From Candidatus Acidiferrales bacterium (GTDB lineage: Bacteria > Acidobacteriota > Terriglobia > Acidiferrales > 2-02-FULL-67-57): a stretch of DNA of 64,000 nt. The stretch covers positions 4,392 to 68,391 of the forward strand of contig CBDFHE010000010.1 in NCBI GenBank assembly GCA_965247455.1, read 5' to 3'. The notes under the pieces are model-generated. The model saw only the letters and a list, made by a program, of their open reading frames with translations, made no database searches and was not told the DNA's origin. Shown in pieces: positions 9,100 through 20,061 of this stretch (positions are counted from its first letter, which is position 1; the number at the start of each line of letters is the position of its first letter). A program made the position numbers and the translations under genes.

Positions 9100-10712
9100 G
9101 ACGTAAGGAACCACACTACGGAGGGTGACACCCGGTGGGTGAATTACAACACGAGCCATTCCAGTTCGCGTTCAACGGCTTCTTGAAAGTCGCGTTCCAG
9201 GGATCGCGCGTCACTTCTGACGCTGGCCTCATTCTGGTGCGCGAGTTGGATGAACGTCTGGGGCTGGAGACACTCATCGCCGAGCACCTGAGCGATTCCC
9301 GACAGGGGATGAACACCCAGTTCAGCGTGGTGGATCTCCTGCGGCAGTCGGTCTACAGTCGCCTCGCGGGCTACGAAGATCTCAACGACGCGGGGCGCGT
9401 GTCGGCAGACCCAACATTTCGTCTCATCGGGTCGCCAAAGCGCTGGGACCGGGGTGCGGCGCTGACATCGACGCTGCATTGGTTCGAGACAGAGCGGCTG
9501 ACCCACGAGGAGAATCTCGTCGGGTTGAGGGGCCGTGAACCGGGAGGTGCTTGCACAGGCCGAGATGGCGACGCGCGCCGACCGGATCGTGCTCGACATG
9601 GATTCGAGCGAGAGCCCGGTGCATGGGGCGCAGGAAGGGAGCGCCTATAACGGGCACTTCGAGTCCGTCTGCTACCACCCGCTGTTTCTGTTCACCGAGC
9701 ATGGGGACTGCCTCGCCGCCACGCTGCGGCCAGGCAACGTGCATAGCGCCGACGACTGGGACGACCTGCTCGTACCGGAGATTGACCGGCAGCAGGTGGA
9801 GGGCAAGCGCGTAGCGTTCCGCGCAGACGCCGCGTTCGCGAAGCCCGAGATCTACGACGCGCTCGAGCAGCGCGACGTGGACTATGCCATTCGCATGCCG
9901 GCGAACAAGAGCTTGGAGCTGGAAATCGAAGACATCCTCTTTCGTCCGCCGGGACGGCCGAGCTGCAAGCCCTTGGTGCGCTACCAGAGTTTCCGCTATC
10001 AGGCCAAGAGCTGGACCACGCCCAGACGGATCGTCGCCAAGGTGGAGCACCACCAAGGTGAGCTGTTCCCTCGCGTCGGCTTCATCGTGACCAACATGGC
10101 CCTCCCGAGCCGCTCGGTCGTGCGGTTTTACAACAAGCGCGGTACGGCGGAGCAATGGATCAAGGAAGGCAAAGCAGGCCACCCACTGGACGCGGCTGTC
10201 GTGCCATCGTTTCCGGGCGAACGAGGTGCGCCTGCAACTGAGCGTCCTGGCCTACAATCTGGGCAACTTGTGGCGCAGACTGGTCCTTCCGCTGCGGGTC
10301 AAGCGCTGGTCGCTCACGAGTCTCCAGCAGCGACTGGTGAAAACTGGGGGCCGGCTGGTGAAGCATGCGCGGTACTACTGGCTTCTGCTGGCGGAAGGGC
10401 ATCTCACGCGGCGGCTGTTCGGCGACATGCTGCGGAGGATCTGGGCGCTACCCGTGCCGGCAGGCTGACGCGCGGCCTGAAGTGCAACGAAGCCCGCCCG
10501 GCGATGACACGGGGCACACGTGTGGAGCGGTGTCTGAGAAATGCCCGAAAAGCAGGGGTTCCAGTCGGTCGCACGTCGGCGCGGGCTCAGATGAAGGCCT
10601 TTGAAGCTGAGCGATTGTGCGACGATCGAAGTTTTTGTGCGATCGGCGGCGATCGGGTGTATAAACGTGCCATCAGGGGCAGGCAAAACGGAAATCCCGG
10701 TTAAGACACTAC
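9100..10712 (+). mobile_element. IS1380-like insertion sequence (ends not defined)
   Basis: Carries the transposase above. I could not identify clean terminal inverted repeats. A TTAAGACACTAC motif (10701-10712), related to the MITE terminus, lies at the right side. Confidence 0.4.
9135..10468 (+). pseudogene. IS1380-family-like DDE transposase broken into three frames
   Basis: Three consecutive segments in frames 0, 1 and 2: (1) VTSDAGLILVRELDERLGL...WFETERLTHEENLVGL; (2) NREVLAQAEMATRADRIVLDMDSSESPVHGAQEGSAYNGHFESVCYHPLF...RFYNKRGTAEQWIKEGK; (3) (HWTRLSCHRFRANEV)RLQLSVLAYNLGNLWRRLVLP...HARYYWLLLAEGHLTRRLFGDMLRRIWALP. The shifts sit at GGGG 9529-9532 and AAA 10171-10173. Family assignment is by recall of the IS1380 transposase pattern. 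Confidence 0.8.
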
Positions 10713-10790
10713 TCCAGCCGGCCTGAATTGACACCTCACAGGTACGAGGCTATAGTAGAATGGAGGCCCAGCGGGGGGCGGAGGAGCGTC

Positions 10791-11219
10791 ATGAACACGA
10801 AGCAATGGAAGTTCGTGGCTGGGTCGGTGGTTATCCTCGCAGTTCTGGTCTGGTTGGGCGTCAGCGGTTTTCAGGAAAGCAAGACCTACTACGTCACACT
10901 CCCTGAGTTGCGCGCCGAGGGCATGCGCGCCTACGAAATCCGTTTACGGGTGGCGGGCAACGTGCTCCCCGGCTCCATCCAGCGCCGGGACGGCAAGGTA
11001 CATTTCACCCTCTACCAGGACAAAGACCGATTGCCGGTCCGCTACGTCGGCAGCGATCCCCTCCCGGACACTTTCGTGGACGAGGCGCAAGCGGTCGTGA
11101 CCGGAGAGTTCGGCCCCGACGACGTCTTTGTGGCCCGGCAGGTGCAAGCCAAGTGCGCTTCCAAGTACGAGGCGCTGCCCCCCGGCGTCCAGCCCGAATC
11201 GGCCGACGCCAGCCGCTAA
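10791..11219 (+). CDS. ccmE: cytochrome c maturation heme chaperone CcmE, CxxxY variant
   Basis: N-terminal TM anchor plus OB-fold pattern (YYVTLPEL..., VRLRVAGNVLPGSI, VTGEF). The heme-binding position reads QAKCASKYE (TGC 11154-11156, TAC 11166-11168) instead of the canonical HxxxY. ATG 10791 follows GGAGGAG. Confidence 0.9.
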   Translation: MNTKQWKFVAGSVVILAVLVWLGVSGFQESKTYYVTLPELRAEGMRAYEIRLRVAGNVLPGSIQRRDGKVHFTLYQDKDRLPVRYVGSDPLPDTFVDEAQAVVTGEFGPDDVFVARQVQAKCASKYEALPPGVQPESADASR

Positions 11220-11225
11220 GATCGC

Positions 11226-13256
11226 ATGGATTCTCTGGGAAGCTTTGCCCTCCTGTTGGCTCCCTGCATTTCCGCCTACGCGGTTGCCGCCGCGCTGCTG
11301 GGAGCTTGGAAGCAGAAACCCCTGTTGCAGCAGAGCGCCGAGCGGGCGACCATCGCCGTCGGCGGCCTGGTTCTGATCGCAACCAGCTGCCTGGTGGTCT
11401 CGCTGCTGCGGGACGACTTCCGCCTGGCCGCAGTGGCCTCGCACAGCAACCGCGCCTTGCCGGTCTTCTTCAAGTTTTCCGCTTTGTGGTCGGGACAGGA
11501 GGGCTCCCTGCTGTGGTGGAGTTGCATCCTGGCTTGCTATTCCGCCCTGGTGGTTCTGCTGAACCGCCGCAACTACCGCCACCTGATGCCCTTTGCCGTG
11601 GCCACGCTCATGAGCGTGCAGTTTTTCTTCCTGCTGCTCAACAACTTTGCCGCCAACCCGTTTCGGCTGCTGGGAGTAGAGACGGCCGCCGGGCTGCAAA
11701 TTTTCTCCCCGCCTGACGGTGGCGGGCTGAACCCGCTGCTGCAACACCCGGCCATGGTCATCCACCCGCCCATGCTTTACCTGGGTTTCGTCGGTTTCAC
11801 CGTGCCTTTCGCCTTCGCCCTCTCTGCGCTGATTACCCGCAGCAAGGGCGAGAACTGGATCCACATCACGCGCCGCTGGAGCATGGTCGCGTGGGGATTC
11901 CTGACCATCGGCGTCATCCTCGGCGGCCGCTGGGCCTACGCGGTGCTGGGCTGGGGCGGCTACTGGGGCTGGGACCCGGTCGAAAACGCTTCCCTGCTGC
12001 CGTGGTTCACCGGCACCGCCTTCCTGCATTCGGTGATGATGCAAGAGAAGCGCGGGATGATGAAAGTCTGGAACATGGTGCTGATTTTTTTGACCTTCTT
12101 CCTCTGCATCTTCGGCACCTTCCTGACCCGCAGCGGCATTCTCAGTTCCGTGCACGCCTTTGCCGCTTCCCCCATCGGACCCTACTTCACCACCTTCATC
12201 GTCATTAGCTTGGCGATCACTGTCGCCATCCTGCTGTGGCGACTGCCTTTCCTGCGAAGCGAGAACCACCTGGACTCCATGCTGTCGCGGGAGTCGGGCT
12301 TCCTGTTCAACAACCTCATCCTGCTGGCGGTGATGTTTGCGGTGCTGTGGGGAACGGTGTTTCCGCTGATTTCCGAGGCGGTCAAGGGAGTTAAGATCAC
12401 CGTCGGGGCGCCCTACTTCAACAAAATCGCCATCCCCATGGGACTGCTCCTCTTGCTCCTGACCGGCGTTGCGCCGCTGTTCGCGTGGCGACGTACTTCC
12501 TTGGAGAGCCTGCGCCGCAACTTCACTCGCCCGTTGCTGGTCGCGGCGGTGATAGCCGTCGCCAGCTTCCCCTTCGGTGTGCGCGGCCTCTACCCGCTGA
12601 TGACCATCTTCCTCTCCGCCTTCGTCATCGCCACCATCGTGGCCGAGTTCTATCGCGGCTCGCGCGTGATTCGGCAAAAGCAACACGTGAATTGGCTGGC
12701 GGCGGCCACGCACCTGACCCACCGCAACACGCGCCGCTACGGAGGCTACATCATCCACTTCGGCATCGCGCTGCTCTTCGTCGGCTTCGTGGGCAACGCT
12801 CTCTCGGTGGACCGGGAAGCGGAGATGCTGCCCGGGGATGAATTCTCCCTGCGGAATTACCGCTTCGCCCTGCGCGAACTGGAGCAGAAGGAGAACGACA
12901 ACTACATCACCAACCGCGCCCGTATCGATGTATCCAAGAATGGCAAGTTTCTCACTACCCTTTTTCCGGAGCGGCGACTCTACAAATCCAGCCAGCAACC
13001 CACCACCGAGGTTGACATCCGATCGCGCCTGAGCGAGGACATCTACTTGGTCTTCGCCGGCATGACCGATGACCAGGAACGCGCCGTCATCCACGCCTAC
13101 CTCAACCCGTTGGTCATGTGGGTCTGGATTGGCGGCCTGGTGATGGTGCTGGGGACGATAATCGCCCTCATCCCCAGCCAACCGGCCCTGGCCCGACTCC
13201 CCGCGCGACGACGCAAAGGGACAAAGGAGAAAGCGCGCGATGAAGTTCCGGCCTAA
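11226..13256 (+). CDS. ccmF: cytochrome c-type biogenesis heme lyase subunit CcmF
   Basis: 676 aa polytopic membrane protein with the WWD motif (WGGYWGWDPVENASLLPW). Confidence 0.95.
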   Translation: MDSLGSFALLLAPCISAYAVAAALLGAWKQKPLLQQSAERATIAVGGLVLIATSCLVVSLLRDDFRLAAVASHSNRALPVFFKFSALWSGQEGSLLWWSCILACYSALVVLLNRRNYRHLMPFAVATLMSVQFFFLLLNNFAANPFRLLGVETAAGLQIFSPPDGGGLNPLLQHPAMVIHPPMLYLGFVGFTVPFAFALSALITRSKGENWIHITRRWSMVAWGFLTIGVILGGRWAYAVLGWGGYWGWDPVENASLLPWFTGTAFLHSVMMQEKRGMMKVWNMVLIFLTFFLCIFGTFLTRSGILSSVHAFAASPIGPYFTTFIVISLAITVAILLWRLPFLRSENHLDSMLSRESGFLFNNLILLAVMFAVLWGTVFPLISEAVKGVKITVGAPYFNKIAIPMGLLLLLLTGVAPLFAWRRTSLESLRRNFTRPLLVAAVIAVASFPFGVRGLYPLMTIFLSAFVIATIVAEFYRGSRVIRQKQHVNWLAAATHLTHRNTRRYGGYIIHFGIALLFVGFVGNALSVDREAEMLPGDEFSLRNYRFALRELEQKENDNYITNRARIDVSKNGKFLTTLFPERRLYKSSQQPTTEVDIRSRLSEDIYLVFAGMTDDQERAVIHAYLNPLVMWVWIGGLVMVLGTIIALIPSQPALARLPARRRKGTKEKARDEVPA

Positions 13257-13713
13257 CACCCTGGCCTGCGGCCTGCTGCTCGGGCTGCTGCTCGCGCCCT
13301 CCCTAGCAACGGCGGAGGGCGAAGCGGATCCTTTCCGCAGCATTTCAGAAAAGCTGGTCTGCCAGTGCGGCTGCAACTATGGCTTGCGCTACTGCCCGCA
13401 CCTGCAATGCGGTTCGGCGATTCCCATGCGCCAGACCATCCGCGCAGCTCTGGCCGAAGGGAAGTCGGAAGAAGAAGCTTTGCAAGTGATGGTGGCGCAG
13501 TTCGGCCTCTCCGCTCTGGGCCAACCTCCGGCTGAGGGCTTCAACCTGTTGGCTTGGGTGATGCCGTTCCTCGCGTTGGCGCTGGGCCTGTGGGTGGTGC
13601 AGCGGGTAGCCCGCTCGTGGCGTGCTCGCGTGCCCGCTCCAACGACCGACGCGGCCCTGGTGGAGCGCTACCGCAGCGCCGTCAAGCGCGAAATTGACCA
13701 ACTGGAGGACTAG
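13240..13713 (+). CDS. ccmH: CcmH/NrfF-like cytochrome c biogenesis protein with CxCxC...CxHxxC motif
   Basis: Signal peptide, Cys-rich segment LVCQCGCNYGLRYCPHLQCGSAIP, then ...LAEGKSEEEALQVMVAQFG and a C-terminal TM helix. This is collinear with the CcmH pattern (LRCxxC...GKSDxEI..xMVxxYG). It overlaps the ccmF stop by 17 nt. Confidence 0.75.
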   Translation: MKFRPNTLACGLLLGLLLAPSLATAEGEADPFRSISEKLVCQCGCNYGLRYCPHLQCGSAIPMRQTIRAALAEGKSEEEALQVMVAQFGLSALGQPPAEGFNLLAWVMPFLALALGLWVVQRVARSWRARVPAPTTDAALVERYRSAVKREIDQLED

Positions 13714-13716
13714 CCG

Positions 13717-14108
13717 GTGTTGCTGGTAGTCGCCTGCGGTTCCCTGGCAGTAGCCGCCCTGCTCTACGTCTTCTGGGTGACGCCCGAGCCGGTGGCCGCC
13801 AAGTCCCGCCAGGAACGGGAACGGGAGTTCCTGCAAGAGCGCAAGGAAGTCGTCTACGAAAATCTGCGCGACCTGCAAATGGAATACCGCATGGGAAAAC
13901 TCTCCGATCAGGACTACAGCCAACTGAAGGCGCACTACCAGGAACAGTTGGCACTTTTGCTCTATCAGGCCGAGCAGGTGGGCGAACCGGCGCCCGCGGC
14001 CATGCCGCTTCCCGGGCGCTGCCCGCGCTGCGGGAAAGACAATCCCGCCGAGAACCGCTTCTGCGGCGCTTGCGGCCAAGCATTATCCCAAGTGGAGGCC
14101 GTTCGGTG

Positions 14109-14109
<1 letters not shown>
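13717..14109 (+). CDS. uncharacterised membrane-anchored coiled-coil protein with C-terminal zinc ribbon (CPRCG...FCGACG)
   Basis: 130 aa: N-terminal TM helix, charged helical region, and CxxC-x11-CxxC at the C-terminus. GTG lies 3 nt after the ccmH stop, and its TGA overlaps the next ATG (TGATG at 14106-14111). Confidence 0.6.
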
Positions 14110-15259
<1,150 letters not shown>

Positions 15260-15962
15260 CCCGCGCATCGTCACCCGCAAGCTGAGCAAGTATTTCGGGC
15301 GCTTCACGGCCCTGGACGAGGCTACGTTGACGATTGAGCCGGGGGAATTCGTGGTGGTGCTGGGGCGTAACGGCGCCGGTAAGACCACCTTGCTGCGCAT
15401 CCTGGGACTGCTGCAACAACCTTCGCGCGGCGAGTTGTTCTTCGACGACCAGCCGGTGGCAAGCCTCCCGGTTCGCTTTCGGCAACGGATTGGATTTGTG
15501 GGTCACGAAACTTTTCTCTACGATGAGCTGACCGCCCGGGAGAACCTGCTCTTCTACGCGCGGCTCTATGGCGTTGCGAACGCCGAGCAGCGCATCGGCG
15601 AAATCCTGGCCGAGATGGCGCTGGAAGCGCGCGCCGGCAGATTCGCGCGCCACCTTTCGCGCGGCCTGAAGCAGCGGCTGGCGTTGGCCCGCGCCTGGCT
15701 GCACCACCCCGACGTACTGCTGCTGGACGAGCCTGCCACCGGGCTGGACGCCCCGACCCGCGAGCGCATGCACGATTGGCTGGCGCGCTGCCACCGCGCA
15801 GGGCACACCGTCATCCTGAGTTCGCACGAGCTGCGGGAAAGCCTGCGCCCGGCCACCCGCATCGTGCTGCTGGAGCAAGGCCGGGTGGCGTTTGACGGCC
15901 CCAATCACCCCGACCGGCAGGAGGAGATGCAGGCCCTGCTGGTGGCGGCGGCGAGGTAACCC

Positions 15963-16640
15963 GTGGATACGCTGCGCGCTTCGTTGGCCATCTTTCGCAA
16001 AGACCTGCTGGCCGAGCGCCGCACCAAGGATGTCTCCATCGCCATTTTGCTGTTCGGCTTCACCGTCGCAGTGGCCTTTGCGTTCGCCTTTGACCCCACC
16101 AGCGACGAAGCTCGCCGCATCGCCGGCGGCCTGCTGTGGCTGGCGTTCCTGTTCGCTTCCCTGCTGGGGTTGAACCGCTCCTTTGCCCGCGAAACCGCCA
16201 ACGACTGCCTGCAAGGCTTGCGGCTGATGCCGGTGGACCTGGGCTCCATCTACCTGGGGAAGCTCCTGAGCAACCTGCTCTTCATGCTGGCGGCGGAACT
16301 CGTCTTGCTGCCGGTGTTCAATGTATTCTTCAACTTGAATTTGTTTGAGCGGCCGGGCTGGTTGGCGCTCATCCTGTTGCTGGGCACCTGGGGGGTGGCA
16401 TCGCTGGGGACGATCTTTTCCGCCGTCAGCGCCAACACCCGCATGCGGGAATTGATGCTGCCCATGCTGCTGCTGCCGCTCACCATCCCGGTGCTGATTG
16501 CCGCCATCGAATCCACCACCATCCTGCTGCGCGGCCTGCCTATGCGCGAGGCGGAGTTATGGATTAAGCTGTTGGCGGGCTTCGACGTTATCTTTACGGT
16601 GCTGGCCTGGCTGTTGTTTGACTCTGTGGTGCAGGAGTAG
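15963..16640 (+). CDS. ccmB: heme exporter membrane protein CcmB
   Basis: 225 aa, six-TM pattern. FRKDLLAERRTKD at the N-terminus is typical of CcmB. GTG start lies 3 nt after the ccmA stop. Confidence 0.9.
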   Translation: MDTLRASLAIFRKDLLAERRTKDVSIAILLFGFTVAVAFAFAFDPTSDEARRIAGGLLWLAFLFASLLGLNRSFARETANDCLQGLRLMPVDLGSIYLGKLLSNLLFMLAAELVLLPVFNVFFNLNLFERPGWLALILLLGTWGVASLGTIFSAVSANTRMRELMLPMLLLPLTIPVLIAAIESTTILLRGLPMREAELWIKLLAGFDVIFTVLAWLLFDSVVQE

Positions 16641-16649
16641 ACGCTGCAA

Positions 16650-17342
16650 GTGAGCGAAACCGCCTACCACCGGCTCTCGTTGGCGCTGTTTGCCCTGGGC
16701 GTGCTTCTGGTGCTCATCGCCTGGTACCAAGTCTTCGTGGTGGTGCCGACCGAGCGCACTATGGGGGTGATCCAGCGTATTTTTTACATCCACTTGCCGT
16801 CGGCGTTCGTCGCTTTCTCTGCCTTCTTTGTGGTGTTTGTTGCGAGCGTGGCTTATCTGCTCACGCGCCGCCTGCGCTGGGATTGGGTGGCGGCCTCGGC
16901 GGCAGAGGTAGGCATTGTTTCCTGCGTTGCGGTGCTGATCACCGGCCCCATCTGGGCCAAGCCGGTGTGGGGCATGTGGTGGACCTGGGACGCCCGGCTG
17001 ACCTCCACCCTGGTGCTGTTCTTGATCTATGTGGGCTACCTGATGCTGCGGCACTACGTGGCCGAAAGCGACCGCCGCGCCCGGCTGGCGGCCGTCTTCG
17101 GCATCCTGGGCTTTGTGGACGTGCCAATTGTCTATATGGCCAACCGCTGGTTTCGCACTCAGCATCCGCAGCCGGTCATCGCCGGCGGCGAAGGCTCCGG
17201 TCTCGACCCGCAGATGTGGATCGGCTTGCTGTGGTGCGTGGCAGCGATGCTCACTTGGAATATTTTCCTGTTTGTGCAACGGTATCGCTTGGAGAGGACG
17301 CGGGAAGAATTCATCGAGCTGGCGCGCCGCGCCCGGGTGTAG
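16650..17342 (+). CDS. ccmC: heme exporter protein CcmC
   Basis: IFYIHLPSAFVAF and the WWD motif WGMWWTWDARLTSTLVL. Confidence 0.9.
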   Translation: MSETAYHRLSLALFALGVLLVLIAWYQVFVVVPTERTMGVIQRIFYIHLPSAFVAFSAFFVVFVASVAYLLTRRLRWDWVAASAAEVGIVSCVAVLITGPIWAKPVWGMWWTWDARLTSTLVLFLIYVGYLMLRHYVAESDRRARLAAVFGILGFVDVPIVYMANRWFRTQHPQPVIAGGEGSGLDPQMWIGLLWCVAAMLTWNIFLFVQRYRLERTREEFIELARRARV

Positions 17343-17353
17343 GAGGAGGGTGA

Positions 17354-17506
17354 ATGGACGTCGGACTCCAACATCTTTTTTACGCCTTCACCGTAGTGTG
17401 GATACTCCACCTGGGCTATCTACTCAGCCTGGCATTCCGGCAGAAACAGTTGCGAGAGGAAGTGCGTGCGCTCAAGGATGCGCTGGCCCGCAAGGCAGCG
17501 GAGTGA
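17354..17506 (+). CDS. ccmD: CcmD-family small membrane protein (50 aa, below the track size cutoff)
   Basis: My translation: MDVGLQHLFYAFTVVWILHLGYLLSLAFRQKQLREEVRALKDALARKAAE. One TM helix followed by a charged helix. ATG follows GGAGGAGGG, directly after ccmC. Confidence 0.6.
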   Translation: MDVGLQHLFYAFTVVWILHLGYLLSLAFRQKQLREEVRALKDALARKAAE

Positions 17507-17599
17507 TACTCGACCTCTTTGCCTAACCGGCAGTCGAAATGCGGTACAAGTGAGACAGACCGTCTCGTTGGCTCGGAGAAGTGAAAGGAGCAAAGAGAA

Positions 17600-18496
17600 A
17601 TGGAAGTGGGATTCATCGGATTGGGGCGGATGGGATTGGCGATGGTGGAGCGGCTGGCGAAGCGCCGGCACCGGGTGGTGGCCTACGACCAGGACGCCGA
17701 GAAAGTAAAGGCTGCCCGCCGCAAAGGCGCGCGCCCCGCCAACTCTTTGGGCGGGCTACTGAGCCAACTGCGCAAGCCGCGTGTGGTGTGGCTGATGGTG
17801 CCGGCCGGGGCCCCGGTGGCGGCGGTGCTGCGCAACCTGGACGCGCACCTGGAAGCAGACGACATTGTGATTGACGGCGGCAATTCTTTCTACCGCGACT
17901 CGATGGAGCGCGCCGCCACCCTGAAGGAGCAAGACATCCACTTTCTGGACGTGGGCACCAGCGGCGGCATCTGGGGCTTGAAGATGGGTTACTGCCTGAT
18001 GATCGGTGGCGAAACCAAAGCCTTCAAGCGCGCCCAGCCGCTCTTCAAAACGCTAGCGCCCAAGGACGGTTACGCCCACGTCGGCCCCAGCGGCGCCGGC
18101 CACTTTACCAAGATGGTCCACAACGCGATTGAGTATGGAATGCTGGAGGCGTACGGCGAAGGCTTCGAGCTGATGCATCAGTCCGAGTTCGGTCTCGACC
18201 TGCACCAGCTCGCCCGGCTGTGGAACCAGGGCAGCGTAGTCCGCTCCTGGCTGCTGGAGCTGACCGAGGCGGCGCTGGCCCGCGACCCCAAACTCGACAA
18301 AATCCGCGGCTACGTCGAAGATTCCGGCGAAGGCCGCTGGAGCATCATCGACAGCGTCGAGCGCGGCGTGCCCATGCCCGCCATCGCCCTTTCGCTCTAC
18401 GCTCGCTTCCGTTCACGGCAGAAGGAATCCTTCTCCGCCAAAGTGATCGCCGCCTTGCGGCAGCAGTTCGGCGGCCACGCGGTCAAACCCAAGTAG
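17600..18496 (+). CDS. gnd: 6-phosphogluconate dehydrogenase, short (about 300 aa) decarboxylating form
   Basis: GFIGLGRMGLAMVERL Rossmann motif, DGGNSFYRDS, GTSGGIWGL, GAGHFTKMVHNAIEYG. Confidence 0.9.
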   Translation: MEVGFIGLGRMGLAMVERLAKRRHRVVAYDQDAEKVKAARRKGARPANSLGGLLSQLRKPRVVWLMVPAGAPVAAVLRNLDAHLEADDIVIDGGNSFYRDSMERAATLKEQDIHFLDVGTSGGIWGLKMGYCLMIGGETKAFKRAQPLFKTLAPKDGYAHVGPSGAGHFTKMVHNAIEYGMLEAYGEGFELMHQSEFGLDLHQLARLWNQGSVVRSWLLELTEAALARDPKLDKIRGYVEDSGEGRWSIIDSVERGVPMPAIALSLYARFRSRQKESFSAKVIAALRQQFGGHAVKPK

Positions 18497-18509
18497 GCAG
18501 CGAACCGAA

Positions 18510-20057
18510 ATGCCGGAACCAACCCAAACCCAGCCAGCGCCTGCGCGAGTAGCCTACAAAGCGCGGCGCGACCCCTGCGGCATCGTCATCTTCGGCGCCA
18601 CCGGCGACCTGACCGCGCGCAAACTCCTGCCCGCGCTCTATGACCTGGCCTGCGAAGACCAACTGCCGGATAATTTTTACGTCCTCGGGGTGGCGCGGCG
18701 GCCTCTGACCAATGACAACTTTCGCAAAAAGATGCGCACGGGCGTAGCGCAGCACTCTCGCTTCGGTGCACCTGAGAACGAGCGCTGGCAGGAGTTTGCC
18801 CGGCGGCTGCACTACCAACCACTGGACGCCAGCCAACCCGACGCCTACGCCCGCCTGCGCGAGAGCTTGCACGCCCTCGACCGAGAAAATCACACCGCCG
18901 GCAATCATTTGTTTTATTTGTCGGTGGCCCCCTCGCTCTATGCCGGCATTGTCGAGCAATTGGGCGCGGCCGGTTTGGCGCGCCAGCGTGACCGCGGCCG
19001 GCGCTGGACGCGGATAATCATCGAAAAACCCTTCGGGCACGACCTGGCCAGCGCACGCGACCTGGATGACCGAGTGCAGCAGGCGTTCAACGAGGAGCAG
19101 GTCTACCGCATTGACCACTACCTGGGCAAAGAGACGGTGCAAAACCTGGCCGTGTTTCGGTTTGCCAACGGCATTTTTGAACCCATCTGGAACCGGAACT
19201 ACATCGACCACGTACAGATTACCGTGGCGGAAGAAATAGGCGTGGGCAAGCGCGCCGGCTACTACGACCAGAGCGGCGCTCTGCGCGACATGGTGCAGAA
19301 CCACCTGCTGCAATTGCTGTGCCTGGTGGCGATGGAACCGCCGGCCGCCTTCGAAGCCGGGCCCATGCGGCGCGAGAAGCTGAAAGTGCTGCAATCCGTG
19401 CGGCCCTTCCTCCGCCGGGAGGGGGAGAGCCGGGCGGTGCGCGGGCAATATGCGCCCGGAACCATGCAGGGTCAAAGCGTGGCGGGCTATCGCGAGGAAA
19501 AAGATATCCGAGCCAATTCCTTCACTGAGACCTTTGCCGCCCTGCGCTTCGAGATTGACAACTGGCGCTGGGCTGGGGTGCCTTTCTACCTGCGCACCGG
19601 CAAGCGCATGGCCGCCCGGCGCAGCGAAATCACCATCCAGTTTCGCGACGCGCCGCTGCAACTATTTGCCTGCACGGCCATGCAGCCCTGCCAGCCCAAC
19701 CTGCTCACCTTGCGCATCCAGCCCGACGAGCGCATGGGGTTGCAGGTGATTACCAAAACCCCCGGCCTGGAAGTGATTGGCCGCTCGGTGCAGATGGATT
19801 TCTCTTACGGCGCCGACTTCCAATCGCAAGCTCCCAGCGCCTACGAAACCCTTTTGCTCGACAGCCTGGAAGGCGACGCCATGCTGTTTGCCGACGGCGA
19901 CTGGATTAAGTCGGCGTGGCAATTGGTAACGCCCATCCTGGAAGCCTGGGCCGCAGAGCAGCCGCGCAACTTTCCCAATTACGCAGCGGGAAGCTGGGGT
20001 CCGGCGGAAGCGGAAAGCTTGTTGAGCCGCGAGGGACGGCAGTGGCACACACGGTAG
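18510..20057 (+). CDS. zwf: glucose-6-phosphate dehydrogenase
   Basis: IFGATGDLTARKLLPAL, RIDHYLGKE and DMVQNHLLQLL motifs. Confidence 0.95.
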   Translation: MPEPTQTQPAPARVAYKARRDPCGIVIFGATGDLTARKLLPALYDLACEDQLPDNFYVLGVARRPLTNDNFRKKMRTGVAQHSRFGAPENERWQEFARRLHYQPLDASQPDAYARLRESLHALDRENHTAGNHLFYLSVAPSLYAGIVEQLGAAGLARQRDRGRRWTRIIIEKPFGHDLASARDLDDRVQQAFNEEQVYRIDHYLGKETVQNLAVFRFANGIFEPIWNRNYIDHVQITVAEEIGVGKRAGYYDQSGALRDMVQNHLLQLLCLVAMEPPAAFEAGPMRREKLKVLQSVRPFLRREGESRAVRGQYAPGTMQGQSVAGYREEKDIRANSFTETFAALRFEIDNWRWAGVPFYLRTGKRMAARRSEITIQFRDAPLQLFACTAMQPCQPNLLTLRIQPDERMGLQVITKTPGLEVIGRSVQMDFSYGADFQSQAPSAYETLLLDSLEGDAMLFADGDWIKSAWQLVTPILEAWAAEQPRNFPNYAAGSWGPAEAESLLSREGRQWHTR

Positions 20058-20061
20058 GCGG

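Noticed and set aside
10174-10704. C-terminal 180 residues of track ORF 9535-10704
   Set aside because: After WIKEGK the family-typical continuation (HWTRLSCHRFRANEVRLQL...) is in the next frame. The long tail in this frame is an open GC-rich frame, not protein.
10944-13376. 810-aa ORF on the minus strand, the longest in the track after the real genes
   Set aside because: It is entirely antisense to ccmE, ccmF and ccmH, whose products have clear family motifs. Its translation is Q/H/G/R/A-rich low-complexity sequence with no motifs, the typical shadow ORF of GC-rich DNA.
14070-14108. Upstream start (14070) of the poly-Pro protein suggested by the track
   Set aside because: It overlaps the end of the zinc-ribbon gene. 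ATG 14109, overlapping that gene's TGA, gives a normal signal peptide.
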